Source: a virus
Lineage: Duplodnaviria; Caudoviricetes
DNA length: 64,000 bases
Strand: one strand, 5' to 3'
Virus record (IMG/VR): IMGVR_UViG_2788500234_000002
Coordinates: 4,410-68,409 of that record
The notes beneath the pieces were generated by a model. The model was not told where the DNA came from, did no database searches, and was given only the letters and a program-made list of their open reading frames with translations. The number at the start of each line of letters is the position of its first letter. Position 1 is the first letter of the stretch. This document shows, piece after piece, positions 36,695 to 46,495 of this stretch. A program made the position numbers and the translations under genes.

Positions 36695-39600
36695 CCAACA
36701 TATTTATAACGAAAGCAAATGGAAGCCGTGTGCCGATAGCCAACAGGCGCACGGCAACCGACATTTCATCCGCAAAGCAGAATTGGGCATTGAATGCGGA
36801 AGATACCGTTTCCATAACCGTTGTGTCGCCATTTCCGCAAACATACGGCATTGGCGATAAGATAACCATATTCGGGCGTGACTACAAATTGAACCGATTG
36901 CCAAAGGTCAAGAAAACAGGTATGCACGAATTTCAATATGACTTGGAATTTGAGGGCATACAATATGACCTTTTCCGGGTGACATACGATGTGACCATTG
37001 ACACGACCACAAATGAATTGCAGGATGTGCAGGGCGACACCCTTACGGGCGACTTGCACCGTTTTATGACCGTCCTTGTTGCAAACGCAAACCGTGTCTT
37101 TCCGGGTAAATGGGTGCTTGGCGTATGCCCCGAAACGGCAGGCGACAAGACATTGACATTTGGAGAATCGGACAATTGCTTGTCCGTGTTGCAAAATCTT
37201 TGCGGTGAATCCAATTTCAATGTTGAATTTGAGATTGAGCAATCAAATGGGGTCTATACAATCAACCTTTATGAAAAAGTCGGTCAGACCTTGCCATATA
37301 CATTCCAATATGGCAGGGGGCGTGGTTTGTATGAGCTGACAAGGGAAAATGTATCGTCTGCAAACATTGTCACAAGGTTGAAAGTGTATGGTTCAACGGA
37401 AAACATTACTTCAAAATACCGTGCCGACCGCCTTTGCTTGCCGGGTAAGACCAAGGGGCAATCCTATATCGAGAAAGCCGAAATGGTGGCGAAATACGGT
37501 ATTTTCGAGGGGCGCAAGAATTTTGATGATATAAAGCCGTCCTTTACGGGTACGGTGGAATCCATTGTGTCCGGCAACGTGCTGCAATTCATTGATTCGG
37601 ACTTTCCTTTCAACCTCAATGAAAAGGAAGCGGACGGGGTGACAACAAAGTATCTTATTGATGGCGTTGCCGCAAAAGTACACTTCAACACGGGCAATCT
37701 TGCAGGATATGAATTTGAAATTCACAGTTATGACCATGCGACACATACATTTACGTTGGTAAAGCAAACAGACGACCGGGGCAATGTCTTTCCGTCCGAA
37801 ACATCATTGGCTTTCCAAATCGGAGTGGGTGACGAATACAAGATACTTGATATTGCCTATCCGCCAAGCATTGAGCAAGCGGCGGAAGAAGAATTGGAAG
37901 AAACGGGCAACAAGTATTATGACCAAAATTGCCAACCAAAGGTGCAATATGGGTTGAGTGTCACAAAAGCATGGTTGCAAAGCCTTGTCGGAAGTGATGA
38001 AACGGTGACAAACGTATTCCAACCGGGCGATTATCTGCATATTGTGGATAATGACATTGACGTGGATAAATCCGTGCGCATACAATCACTTGAAAGGAAT
38101 ATCCTTGACCCTTACGAATACACCCTTACAATATCGGACACCGTGAAAACAACGGTGACAAACCGTGTCATTTCCGACCTTATAGACATTGACAAGGTTA
38201 TCACCATCAACAACCTTAAAGACCCGGCAAGGGCAAGGGCGAATTGGCGCACAAGCCGCGAATTGTTGAACATGGTGTTTGACCCTGACGGCGATTATTA
38301 CAGCGACAAGATAAAGCCTTTGTCTATTGATACGCTGGCATTGTCAGTCGGGGCAAAATCAATGCAATTCGGATTGACGAACACGGTGTTTCAACCGAAT
38401 TATGGCGGCAATTCCAATGTCGTGAAATGGCAAGGCGGTGTCTTGACCCATTGCACCATCAACGAAGAAACGGCGGTGTCTTGGGTTATGGCGGATGGCA
38501 CGGTTACATTAGCAAACAACCAAGCATATTTTCTATATGCAAAATGCGCCAAGAATGGTGATGCCGGAACATTCATATTTTCGACCTCACAAATCAAGGT
38601 TGAACAAGATGCAAGTTATTATCATTTCCTTGTTGGTACAATTTCGAGCATTGACCCGGAATTGAAAGTTCGTTCATTGTCCTTGACTTATGGTTTTTCA
38701 ATGATAAACGGTCGCTTCATTAAGACCGGGCGCATTGAATCGGCGGATGGCACGACATATTTTGACTTGGATAATTCCGAAATCGGCGGTCGCATTGTGT
38801 TCACTTCAAACGGTCAGGAAAAGACGCTTGAAGAATTGGGAAATGAAGCCCTTGAAAGCAAGAATTTCATCAACAACACCTTGCCGGGGTTGCTTGCCGA
38901 AATACAAGCACAGCTTGACGGACAGATTGAACAATTCTTTGAAACATACGACCCGACATTGAACAATGCCCCGGCAAGCGAGTGGACTACAACCCAATTG
39001 AAAGACAATCATTTGGGTGACTTGTTCTATAATACCGCAACGGGGGCGGTATTCCGTTTTGTCAAGGAAAATGGCGTTTACAAGTGGTCGGAATTGTCGG
39101 ATGCGGAAGTGGCACAGGCGATTGCACTTGCAAATGATGCGCTTTCGCTTGCAAAGGAAAAGAACCGCATATTTACGGCAACACCTTACACCCCTTATGA
39201 AGTCGGCGATTTGTGGGTTCAAGGCACAACCGGGGATATTATGCGTTGCATTAGAACAAGGTTGTCCGGCAATTATTCGTCAAGTGATTGGCAAAAGGCA
39301 AGCAAATACACCGATAACACGGCATTGAACAACTTTATCAATGGCACATATTCGGATGATATTGCAGACCTGACCACACAGATAGACGGCAAGATTGAAA
39401 CGTGGTTTCAGACAACCGACCCGGCAAATGGATGGGCGGTGGCAGTCAGGGCAAAGCACGTTGGGGATATGTGGTACAATTCAAGTACACAGAAATTGAA
39501 GCGATATTCAAGTTCTTATACTTGGGTGGATATTGTCGATAAGACCGCCATTGATGCCTACAATACGGCAAGCAAAGCCCAAGACACGGCAGACGGCAAA

Positions 39601-40749
39601 CGGCGTGTGTTCGTTTCAACCCCTTATCCACCTTATGATATTGGTGATTTGTGGGTCAATGGAACGGATTTGAAGCGGTGTGCAGTCAAGCGAACAAGCG
39701 GTTCTTACATTGCAACGGATTGGGTCAAGGCGGTATCTTATGACAATACAAAAACGGTCATTGATGGCGGTTTGGTAACGTCCGGCACAATTCAAGTCGC
39801 CGGAAGCACATCAACGATTCTTGCGGGTATGACAGGGCAAGGAACGGCGGCAAGTTCCGTGCGCTTTTGGGCTGGAACATCATTTGAAAATCGGTCTTAT
39901 GCCCCGTATCGGGTTATGCAAGATGGGTCGGTTGTGATGGAAAAAGCGACCGTCAAAGGTGAAGCATACATTAACAAAGGCACAATAAACAACGCCGATT
40001 TGGATAACGTGGTTATCAACGGAAGCATTGCCAATGCTTTCAAGAACGGTTATTTCAAACTTGGCGGGTCAGCCGGCGGCGGCATAATAGTGTCCACATT
40101 GGGATTGCAAAACAACAATAATGTTGTCATTACGGGAACAAGCAGCGGTTGGAATACGGCATTCCAAATACCGTTCACTATGGAATATAGCGGTTTCCGT
40201 GCAATCATTATGAATGATTACTTCAATGGGCAAACACCCGTTGGGCAAATCGTAAGCAATAGAGCACCAAGCGGAAAGTATTTTTATGAGAATGGCAGAA
40301 CGTACAACACATTAACAATTTTGCCTTATGAAGCGGTCGAAATGATAGGACTTGGGGATGATTCCAAATTTTATGGGTGGATTATTTTGCGCCGTTTTTA
40401 CACAAAGGCAAACAATATGCGTGGATTGCCATTTAAGGTGTCTTATATGGGGATGGTCAATCAATCGGGCGGATTGATTAAGTTGCACCGCTATGACACG
40501 GCAACGGTCACGACTTCGAGGGTTGGCACAGGGCATTACAGGATTCGGATAAATCCGGGCTTTTCAAGCGTGAACAATTACTTGGTATTCCTTACTTGTG
40601 ATGCGACAAGCCAAGGTTCGGTCGGCAGATATGCGGGCGTTTATGCCAAGAATGCGTCTTATTTTGACGTTTATACGGGTGACGATTCGAGTGCCAATGA
40701 TTCGGCATTTTCATTTATGATTGTGAACACAACAGACTTTACCGGGTAA
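36679..40749 (+). CDS. Tail tip / baseplate hub protein (1356 aa)
   Basis: Position; NIVTRLKVYGS motif; internal duplicated GDLWV/GDLFY module. Confidence 0.75.
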   Translation: MGKNLTNIFITKANGSRVPIANRRTATDISSAKQNWALNAEDTVSITVVSPFPQTYGIGDKITIFGRDYKLNRLPKVKKTGMHEFQYDLEFEGIQYDLFRVTYDVTIDTTTNELQDVQGDTLTGDLHRFMTVLVANANRVFPGKWVLGVCPETAGDKTLTFGESDNCLSVLQNLCGESNFNVEFEIEQSNGVYTINLYEKVGQTLPYTFQYGRGRGLYELTRENVSSANIVTRLKVYGSTENITSKYRADRLCLPGKTKGQSYIEKAEMVAKYGIFEGRKNFDDIKPSFTGTVESIVSGNVLQFIDSDFPFNLNEKEADGVTTKYLIDGVAAKVHFNTGNLAGYEFEIHSYDHATHTFTLVKQTDDRGNVFPSETSLAFQIGVGDEYKILDIAYPPSIEQAAEEELEETGNKYYDQNCQPKVQYGLSVTKAWLQSLVGSDETVTNVFQPGDYLHIVDNDIDVDKSVRIQSLERNILDPYEYTLTISDTVKTTVTNRVISDLIDIDKVITINNLKDPARARANWRTSRELLNMVFDPDGDYYSDKIKPLSIDTLALSVGAKSMQFGLTNTVFQPNYGGNSNVVKWQGGVLTHCTINEETAVSWVMADGTVTLANNQAYFLYAKCAKNGDAGTFIFSTSQIKVEQDASYYHFLVGTISSIDPELKVRSLSLTYGFSMINGRFIKTGRIESADGTTYFDLDNSEIGGRIVFTSNGQEKTLEELGNEALESKNFINNTLPGLLAEIQAQLDGQIEQFFETYDPTLNNAPASEWTTTQLKDNHLGDLFYNTATGAVFRFVKENGVYKWSELSDAEVAQAIALANDALSLAKEKNRIFTATPYTPYEVGDLWVQGTTGDIMRCIRTRLSGNYSSSDWQKASKYTDNTALNNFINGTYSDDIADLTTQIDGKIETWFQTTDPANGWAVAVRAKHVGDMWYNSSTQKLKRYSSSYTWVDIVDKTAIDAYNTASKAQDTADGKRRVFVSTPYPPYDIGDLWVNGTDLKRCAVKRTSGSYIATDWVKAVSYDNTKTVIDGGLVTSGTIQVAGSTSTILAGMTGQGTAASSVRFWAGTSFENRSYAPYRVMQDGSVVMEKATVKGEAYINKGTINNADLDNVVINGSIANAFKNGYFKLGGSAGGGIIVSTLGLQNNNNVVITGTSSGWNTAFQIPFTMEYSGFRAIIMNDYFNGQTPVGQIVSNRAPSGKYFYENGRTYNTLTILPYEAVEMIGLGDDSKFYGWIILRRFYTKANNMRGLPFKVSYMGMVNQSGGLIKLHRYDTATVTTSRVGTGHYRIRINPGFSSVNNYLVFLTCDATSQGSVGRYAGVYAKNASYFDVYTGDDSSANDSAFSFMIVNTTDFTG

Positions 40750-40774
40750 GAAGTTGTGCTTGTGTTATCCACAA

Positions 40775-40808
40775 TGTTTTATAGTAAAACAATAAGAAGT
40801 TAAATTTG
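40775..40808 (+). promoter_or_regulatory. Operator copy 9 (TGTTTTATAGTAAAACA, 40775-40791) upstream of TAAATTTG -7 element (40801-40808)
   Basis: Precedes the tail-fibre/DGR target operon. Confidence 0.65.
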
Positions 40809-40827
40809 CAAACAAAACTTTTTGATT

Positions 40828-41103
40828 ATGAGTGAAACAAGGAGCGGCGAAACGGTGTCCGCACAAATCGGAAAGATGGGAGCAATCGACAATCTTAACA
40901 ATGCTGATTTCAGCTTGCCGGATGGTCAATGCTTCAACATCAAAAATGACGGCACGCAACCCGTGAAATTATCGGTGCAGCTTGCCGGAATGGATGATGG
41001 GGATTTTATCGAAACACAGTTTGATTGTGGGTGGAATCCCGAAATAATAAAGACGGTGAAACAAACTTCATTGTCAGGTACTAACTTAAAATGGGGCTAT
41101 TGA
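40828..41103 (+). CDS. Small tail-associated protein
   Basis: 91 aa from MSETRSG, immediately before DGR target. Confidence 0.7.
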   Translation: MSETRSGETVSAQIGKMGAIDNLNNADFSLPDGQCFNIKNDGTQPVKLSVQLAGMDDGDFIETQFDCGWNPEIIKTVKQTSLSGTNLKWGY

Positions 41104-41104
41104 T

Positions 41105-42571
41105 ATGGGCTTGATTATTGGGGTCGGCAGCACAAAGCCGACATTCGCTTATGATTATTATTACGGCATTGAATGGGATGCCACGGTGTCAAATCCACAC
41201 CCGACAAGAATTGGCAAGATGGAACTTCACCAATCCTTGCCGTTGCAAAGCCTTATCCGGCGTTGTATCTTGAAAGACAACGGCGAAGTAAATTATTATC
41301 TTCACGCCAATGATTCAACGAAACGTGACACCGGGGCGGCGGCAAACCTTACCGGGGCGGATGGGCAATACATGGATGAATTGCCCGATATGTATGTCCG
41401 CTTTGAAACGGACGGCGACAAAAGCCGACATTTGCAGTCCACCGAACCTTTGCCGGGCTTCAAACTTTGGCGCAAAGACTATGTTTCGGCGGTGGAAGCG
41501 ACCGTTCAGCGTTCAACACAAACATTGTGTGCGGTTGTGAACAAAGATGTGGATTACAGGGGTGGCAACAATGATGCAAACCGTGACGGCACATATCGTT
41601 CACAGCTTGGAATGCCCGCAACGGTTATATCTTTGACCAATTTCCGCACATACGCAAGGAAGCGTGGAACGACCGAATGGAATTGCAACTTATACCAAAC
41701 ACACAAAAAATTGTGGTGGCTTTTTGCCGTTGAGTATTGCACATTCAATTCGCAAGAAGCGTTCAATGCCGAATTGACGGAAGATGGCTATCACCAAGGC
41801 GGTTTGGGTTCGGGCGTGACTAATCTTGATTGGACGAAATGGGCAAACTTTAATGGCAATTATCCGTTCGTGCCTTGTGGTACAACAAACAACCTTGGCA
41901 ACAAGACCGGGTATGTTGAATTTACCATGCCGTTTGAATATGATGCAAGTGGTGAAGCCAACTATAAGGGTGAATATAATGCGGCAACCGCATACACCGC
42001 CGGACAATATGTTTCACAAGGTGATTTGCTATACACTTGCAAAGCAAATGCAGCGGCAGGAACGGCATTGACAAACACAACCTATTTCACGCCCGTGACA
42101 CGCACGGTTGTGCAAGTGCCGTCTTACCGTGGTGTAGAAAACCCGTTTGGGCATATATGGAAGTGGACGGATGGTTGCAAATGTCTTATTCAGAGTGAAG
42201 CCGATGGCGGACTTTCTGAATTTTACGTTTGTGACGACCCGGCGGCATTCACAAGTTCCGGCACAACCAACTATGAATTGCGTGGCAACTTGCCAAGAAA
42301 AGAGGGGTATGTGAAGAAGATGATTCTTGGTGAAGATGGCGAAATCATGCCGCTTGAAGTCGGTGCGGGTTCGACCACATATTTTTGTGATTACTTCTAT
42401 ACCAACATTCCGGCAAGTGGAGTTTCGGAACGTGGCGTTTTGTTCGGCGGTCTTGCGAATGTTGGTGCGATTGCGGGGTTCGTGTTTGCGTCTGCGAATG
42501 TTACGGCTACGTATACGTCTGCGGCTGTCGGTTCTCGGCTTTGCTTTTATCCGCAAATCGAAGCGGCTTAA
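41105..42571 (+). CDS. Tail-fibre/receptor-binding-like protein, primary DGR target
   Basis: 488 aa; YRGVENPFGHIWKWTDG and C-terminal RGVLFGG..GSRLCF typical of C-type-lectin-fold DGR targets; VR1 at C-terminus. Confidence 0.85.
   Translation: MGLIIGVGSTKPTFAYDYYYGIEWDATVSNPHPTRIGKMELHQSLPLQSLIRRCILKDNGEVNYYLHANDSTKRDTGAAANLTGADGQYMDELPDMYVRFETDGDKSRHLQSTEPLPGFKLWRKDYVSAVEATVQRSTQTLCAVVNKDVDYRGGNNDANRDGTYRSQLGMPATVISLTNFRTYARKRGTTEWNCNLYQTHKKLWWLFAVEYCTFNSQEAFNAELTEDGYHQGGLGSGVTNLDWTKWANFNGNYPFVPCGTTNNLGNKTGYVEFTMPFEYDASGEANYKGEYNAATAYTAGQYVSQGDLLYTCKANAAAGTALTNTTYFTPVTRTVVQVPSYRGVENPFGHIWKWTDGCKCLIQSEADGGLSEFYVCDDPAAFTSSGTTNYELRGNLPRKEGYVKKMILGEDGEIMPLEVGAGSTTYFCDYFYTNIPASGVSERGVLFGGLANVGAIAGFVFASANVTATYTSAAVGSRLCFYPQIEAA
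42431..42546 (+). repeat. DGR variable region VR1
   Basis: Ungapped 116-nt alignment to TR: 21 mismatches, all opposite TR adenines. Confidence 0.96.
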
Positions 42572-42640
42572 ATCGTCAAATCGAGTGGCAAATATGATTT
42601 TGGAATTTGGATGAAAAATAAAACAAAGGTTGTCCGATGT

Positions 42641-42756
42641 CGTGGCGTTTTGTTCAGCGGTAATGCGAATAATGGTGCGAATGCAGGGTTCGTGTATGCG
42701 AATACGAATAATACGGCTACGAATACGAATGCGAATATCGGTTCTCAGCTATGCTT
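42641..42756 (+). repeat. DGR template repeat (TR)
   Basis: Non-coding, AAT-rich (30 adenines; reads RGVLFSGNANNGANAGFVYANTNNTATNTNANIGSQLC), between target gene and RT. Confidence 0.96.
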
Positions 42757-42918
42757 GTAAAAATATAGTTGCATATCGGAAACCTTGCCACAAAAGCAGC
42801 CCGACCGGGGTTGCATGAGTTGGGGCAATAATCCCCAACGGCAAAAAACAAATTAGGTAAAACGGTTTTGGTAGGGGCAACCCGAAGAATCCTAATATAC
42901 AAGCAAACTTAAAGGACA

Positions 42919-43941
42919 ATGAAACGGATTGGCAATTTGTTTGACCGGGTAATAAGCATTGAAAACTTGCGTCTTGCCGATGAAAAGGCAAGGAAAGGCA
43001 AGTTGCGTTCTTATGGTGTGCAAATACACGATAAGAACCGGGATGCCAATATCATTGCCTTGCACGAAAGTTTGAAAAACGGCACATTCAAAACATCCAA
43101 ATATCACGTTTTCACCATATATGAACCGAAAGAAAGGCTAATTTACCGATTGCCGTATTATCCCGACCGTATCTTGCACCATGCCATTATGAACGTCCTT
43201 GAACCGATATGGGTTTCCATCTTCAACAAGAACACATATTCTTGTATCAAGAATCGTGGAATCCACAAGTGCGCAAAGGATGTCAAACAAGCATTGAAGC
43301 AAGACCCGGACGGAACACGCTATTGCCTGAAAATTGACATAAAGAAGTTTTATCCGTCAATCCACCATGATGTCTTGAAAGGCATTGTCAGGCGGAAAAT
43401 AAAAGATAATCGCTTATTGGCATTGCTTGATGAAATCATTGATTCGGTCGATGATGAAAAGGGCGTGCCGATAGGCAATTATTTAAGTCAGTATTTTGCA
43501 AACCTTGTCTTGGCTTATTTCGACCATTGGTTGAAAGAAACCAAGCGTGTGAAGTATTATTGGCGATATGCCGATGATATAGTCATTCTTGCACCCAACA
43601 AAGAAGTATTGCATGAATTGTTACACGAAATCCGGGCTTACCTGAAAGGGTTAAAGTTGCGTGTAAAACGCAATTACCAAGTCTTTCCCGTTGATTCAAG
43701 GGGAATTGACTTTTTGGGATATGTCTTTTACCATACGCATACATTGTTGCGAAAGTCTATCAAGCAGAAACTTTGCCGCCGGGTGGCAAAATTGAACAAG
43801 CGCAAGATTGTTCCAAGCAAAGAAGATTACAAGCAGCAAATATGCAGTTGGTGGGGATGGTGCAAGTATTGTGATTCACTCAATTTAATGAACAAACTTT
43901 CAAAAACATTTCCGTATGAAATTAGATTTAATAGAACCTAA
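42919..43941 (+). CDS. DGR reverse transcriptase
   Basis: 340 aa; YPDRILHHA, LKIDIKKFYPSI, GVPIGNYLSQYFAN, YWRYADDIV, GIDFLGY; no maturase/endonuclease extension; TR immediately upstream. Confidence 0.95.
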   Translation: MKRIGNLFDRVISIENLRLADEKARKGKLRSYGVQIHDKNRDANIIALHESLKNGTFKTSKYHVFTIYEPKERLIYRLPYYPDRILHHAIMNVLEPIWVSIFNKNTYSCIKNRGIHKCAKDVKQALKQDPDGTRYCLKIDIKKFYPSIHHDVLKGIVRRKIKDNRLLALLDEIIDSVDDEKGVPIGNYLSQYFANLVLAYFDHWLKETKRVKYYWRYADDIVILAPNKEVLHELLHEIRAYLKGLKLRVKRNYQVFPVDSRGIDFLGYVFYHTHTLLRKSIKQKLCRRVAKLNKRKIVPSKEDYKQQICSWWGWCKYCDSLNLMNKLSKTFPYEIRFNRT

Positions 43942-44302
43942 TGCGCACTATGATATGGCGCACGGGAAACCCGCCGTTTTGGAGTATGACAATGACGGTT
44001 CTTGGCTTTACCGCTTGAATATAGAACCCGAAATGGGCATACCAGAGGGGCAAGAAGAAGAAACCCAAATCGGGTGGAAGTGCTATGAAGTGCGTGGCTA
44101 CAATAAAGCCACAAAAGAGAATGTTAAACGGGTCGTTATCCGTTCGGTCATTGACGAAACGGCAGAATTTGACCTTGTTAATTCCTACAACAAACACGTT
44201 CTTGGCGTTGCCGTGAACGAAAGTGCAGTTGATGAATACAAGGAGTATTTGCAGTTTACGGAAGATTTGGATGCGGTCTTGATAGAAGATTTGTCTAATT
44301 AA
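43916..44302 (+). CDS. Hypothetical acidic protein overlapping RT stop
   Basis: 128 aa; 26-nt overlap with RT. Confidence 0.7.
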   Translation: MKLDLIEPNAHYDMAHGKPAVLEYDNDGSWLYRLNIEPEMGIPEGQEEETQIGWKCYEVRGYNKATKENVKRVVIRSVIDETAEFDLVNSYNKHVLGVAVNESAVDEYKEYLQFTEDLDAVLIEDLSN

Positions 44303-44315
44303 ACACTTACAGACA

Positions 44316-44732
44316 ATGGCAAAGTTTTGTGAACTTGGTGTTGAATCGGATGTTGTTATTGGTAAGGGTATCGACATTGAAGATTTGTTCGGTCGCCGGA
44401 TTCTGATTGAAAAGGTCATTATCCAACCAACGAAGTTTCCGGGCAAAAATTCATCCGGGTTGAGAATGCAAATGCAAGTTGTCCTTGCCACTTTCAATGA
44501 AGCGGCGGACAAGGACGGTGATTTCTTCACAAAGAACCCTGACGGCACGCCCGCCGGGGAAAGACGGTCTTGTTTTACCGGGTCTGACATACTTATTGGG
44601 GCTATTCAAAAAGCCGAAACCAATTTGCCGTCAATGAATGCAAGCCGTGCGGAAAAGGGATTGTCGCCAATTCGTTTGTACCCAATTGACACTACTATTG
44701 TCAAAGTTGGTAAATGTTTTCAATTTACTTGA
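44316..44732 (+). CDS. Hypothetical protein
   Basis: 138 aa in operon. Confidence 0.7.
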   Translation: MAKFCELGVESDVVIGKGIDIEDLFGRRILIEKVIIQPTKFPGKNSSGLRMQMQVVLATFNEAADKDGDFFTKNPDGTPAGERRSCFTGSDILIGAIQKAETNLPSMNASRAEKGLSPIRLYPIDTTIVKVGKCFQFT

Positions 44733-44737
44733 TAGTT

Positions 44738-45202
44738 ATGAACGAGATATTGGTTACAATCGGTTCCATTATAGGAACATTGGGAGGTTGGGAAGCTGTC
44801 AAATATCTTATAAACAGAAAAAGCAACAAGACTATTGCAGAAGCGAATGCTTTTGAAGTCCAGCGCAATGCCCTACTTGAAGATTACAAGCGCGTGCAGG
44901 GTGAAGTCGATGTCCTGAAAAAAAAGGTCGATGAATTGTATGAAAAATTACATAGCCTTGAAAATGAACGTCTTGACCTTATCCGTGAAAATAATGAATT
45001 GCGCTTGCAACTTAAAGAAGCAGAAAAGCACGTTTGTTTGCAGCCGGATGATAAATGTTTACAAAGATTGAACAATGGTGTCAAGTGTCGTCTTGTCAAT
45101 TTGTTGCGTGGCAACTATACAAAAGACCATCCTGATGCAATCATAACGGAAGAAGATATGCAAAATTCCAATGGAGATTTAGAAAAGGAAGAAACCGTTT
45201 AA
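44738..45202 (+). CDS. Holin-like protein (N-terminal TM, coiled coil)
   Basis: [25 protein letters not shown]-like start; directly before endolysin. Confidence 0.5.
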   Translation: MNEILVTIGSIIGTLGGWEAVKYLINRKSNKTIAEANAFEVQRNALLEDYKRVQGEVDVLKKKVDELYEKLHSLENERLDLIRENNELRLQLKEAEKHVCLQPDDKCLQRLNNGVKCRLVNLLRGNYTKDHPDAIITEEDMQNSNGDLEKEETV

Positions 45203-45213
45203 CAGATGTAATT

Positions 45214-45792
45214 ATGGCAGATGTAAATAAGTTACTGCCTTTCATATTGAAATGGGAAGGCGGTTTTGTAAATGACCCGGCGGATGCCGGGGGCGCAACA
45301 AATAAAGGTGTGACAATCGCCACATGGCGCAATGTGGGTTATGACAAGGACGGTGACGGGGATATTGACGTTAAAGACCTGAAATTGCTTTCGGTTGATG
45401 ATGTCCGTGACCGGGTGTTGAAGCCCCATTTTTGGGATAGATGGAAAGCCGACCAAATCCAATCGCAAAAGGTCGCCAACATCCTTGTTGATTGGGTATG
45501 GGGGTCGGGAAAGCACGGCATTGTCATTCCTCAAAGATTACTTGGGGTCGTTGATGATGGCATTGTCGGCGACAAGACTTTATCGGCGGTGAACTTTGCC
45601 GACCCTGACCAACTCTTTGATGCAATCTTCAAAGCCCGTGTTAAGTTTTTCAACGACATAACAGAATCGAGCATTAAGAAGTATGAAAAGAAGATTGGTC
45701 GAAAGGCAACGGAATCCGAATTGATGAAGTACACCAACAAAAGGTTTTTGAAAGGATGGCTTAACCGATTAAATGACATTAAAACGATATGA
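45214..45792 (+). CDS. Endolysin, glycoside hydrolase 108 family
   Basis: [24 protein letters not shown]; C-terminal [11 protein letters not shown]. Confidence 0.9.
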   Translation: MADVNKLLPFILKWEGGFVNDPADAGGATNKGVTIATWRNVGYDKDGDGDIDVKDLKLLSVDDVRDRVLKPHFWDRWKADQIQSQKVANILVDWVWGSGKHGIVIPQRLLGVVDDGIVGDKTLSAVNFADPDQLFDAIFKARVKFFNDITESSIKKYEKKIGRKATESELMKYTNKRFLKGWLNRLNDIKTI

Positions 45793-45793
45793 C

Positions 45794-46405
45794 ATGAAAA
45801 AGATTGTTGCCCCGGTCTTGGGGCTTGTATTGCTTGCATCTTGTGGTACTGCAAGGAAAGTCCAGCAGACCAAACAGGAAGTCCGAATTGATAGTACGGC
45901 AATAGCGAAAGAAGCGAATGCCAAGACGGACAAGTTCGTTGATACGACCCGAACCCAACATGGTAAAATAACCATTACGGAGATAGATTTTTATCCACCC
46001 ATGCCCGACAATATAAATAATGTCGTGTCGGTTGATAGTGGCAAGCATGATGATACATCTTCAAGGGCGATGCCGCAATCATATCCGGCAAATGCGGATT
46101 TGCATAATGTCGGGAACATCAAAGGTGCGGTTAAGTCCATCAAACAAACGGTCATTGAATCCGATGTTGAAGAAAAAGGCGAAAGCGAGGAATCGAGCGA
46201 AAGCAAGGAAACCGAAAGTGCCGCCAATGTAGGAAGAAACGAAACGAATGTTCAGCAAAGCCAAGAACCAACCCCCGACCCGTACCGATGGCGATACATC
46301 TTTTACATATCTTTGATTGCCGTTGCGGTCTTGCTTTACTTGAAAAGAACGCCAATAATCAATTGGATAAAGAAGATTCTTGCAGGGATAAGAAAGATTC
46401 TGTGA
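45794..46405 (+). CDS. Lipoprotein with C-terminal TM, candidate unimolecular spanin
   Basis: Lipobox LLASC; C-terminal YIFYISLIAVAVLLYL TM; last gene of lysis module. Confidence 0.6.
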   Translation: MKKIVAPVLGLVLLASCGTARKVQQTKQEVRIDSTAIAKEANAKTDKFVDTTRTQHGKITITEIDFYPPMPDNINNVVSVDSGKHDDTSSRAMPQSYPANADLHNVGNIKGAVKSIKQTVIESDVEEKGESEESSESKETESAANVGRNETNVQQSQEPTPDPYRWRYIFYISLIAVAVLLYLKRTPIINWIKKILAGIRKIL

Positions 46406-46467
46406 AATCTTCACTACCTTTGCACCACATTGTTGCGAAGCCCCAAAGTTGCATTGGGGAACAATGC

Positions 46468-46493
46468 GCCCCGGCTTTGTGTCGGGGCTTTTT
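46468..46493 (+). terminator. Intrinsic terminator at prophage end
   Basis: GCCCCGGC / GTCGGGGC stem followed by TTTTT. Confidence 0.75.
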
Positions 46494-46495
46494 CA

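Noticed and set aside
42919-43941. RT as group II intron, retron or Abi RT
   Set aside because: Short RT without maturase/endonuclease domains, with adjacent TR and adenine-specific VRs: DGR
43916-44302. 128-aa ORF as Avd
   Set aside because: Size fits but it is acidic with no Avd-like helical motif that I can recognise
44918-44925. A8 tract in holin-like gene
   Set aside because: In frame and encodes a Lys run in an A-rich genome
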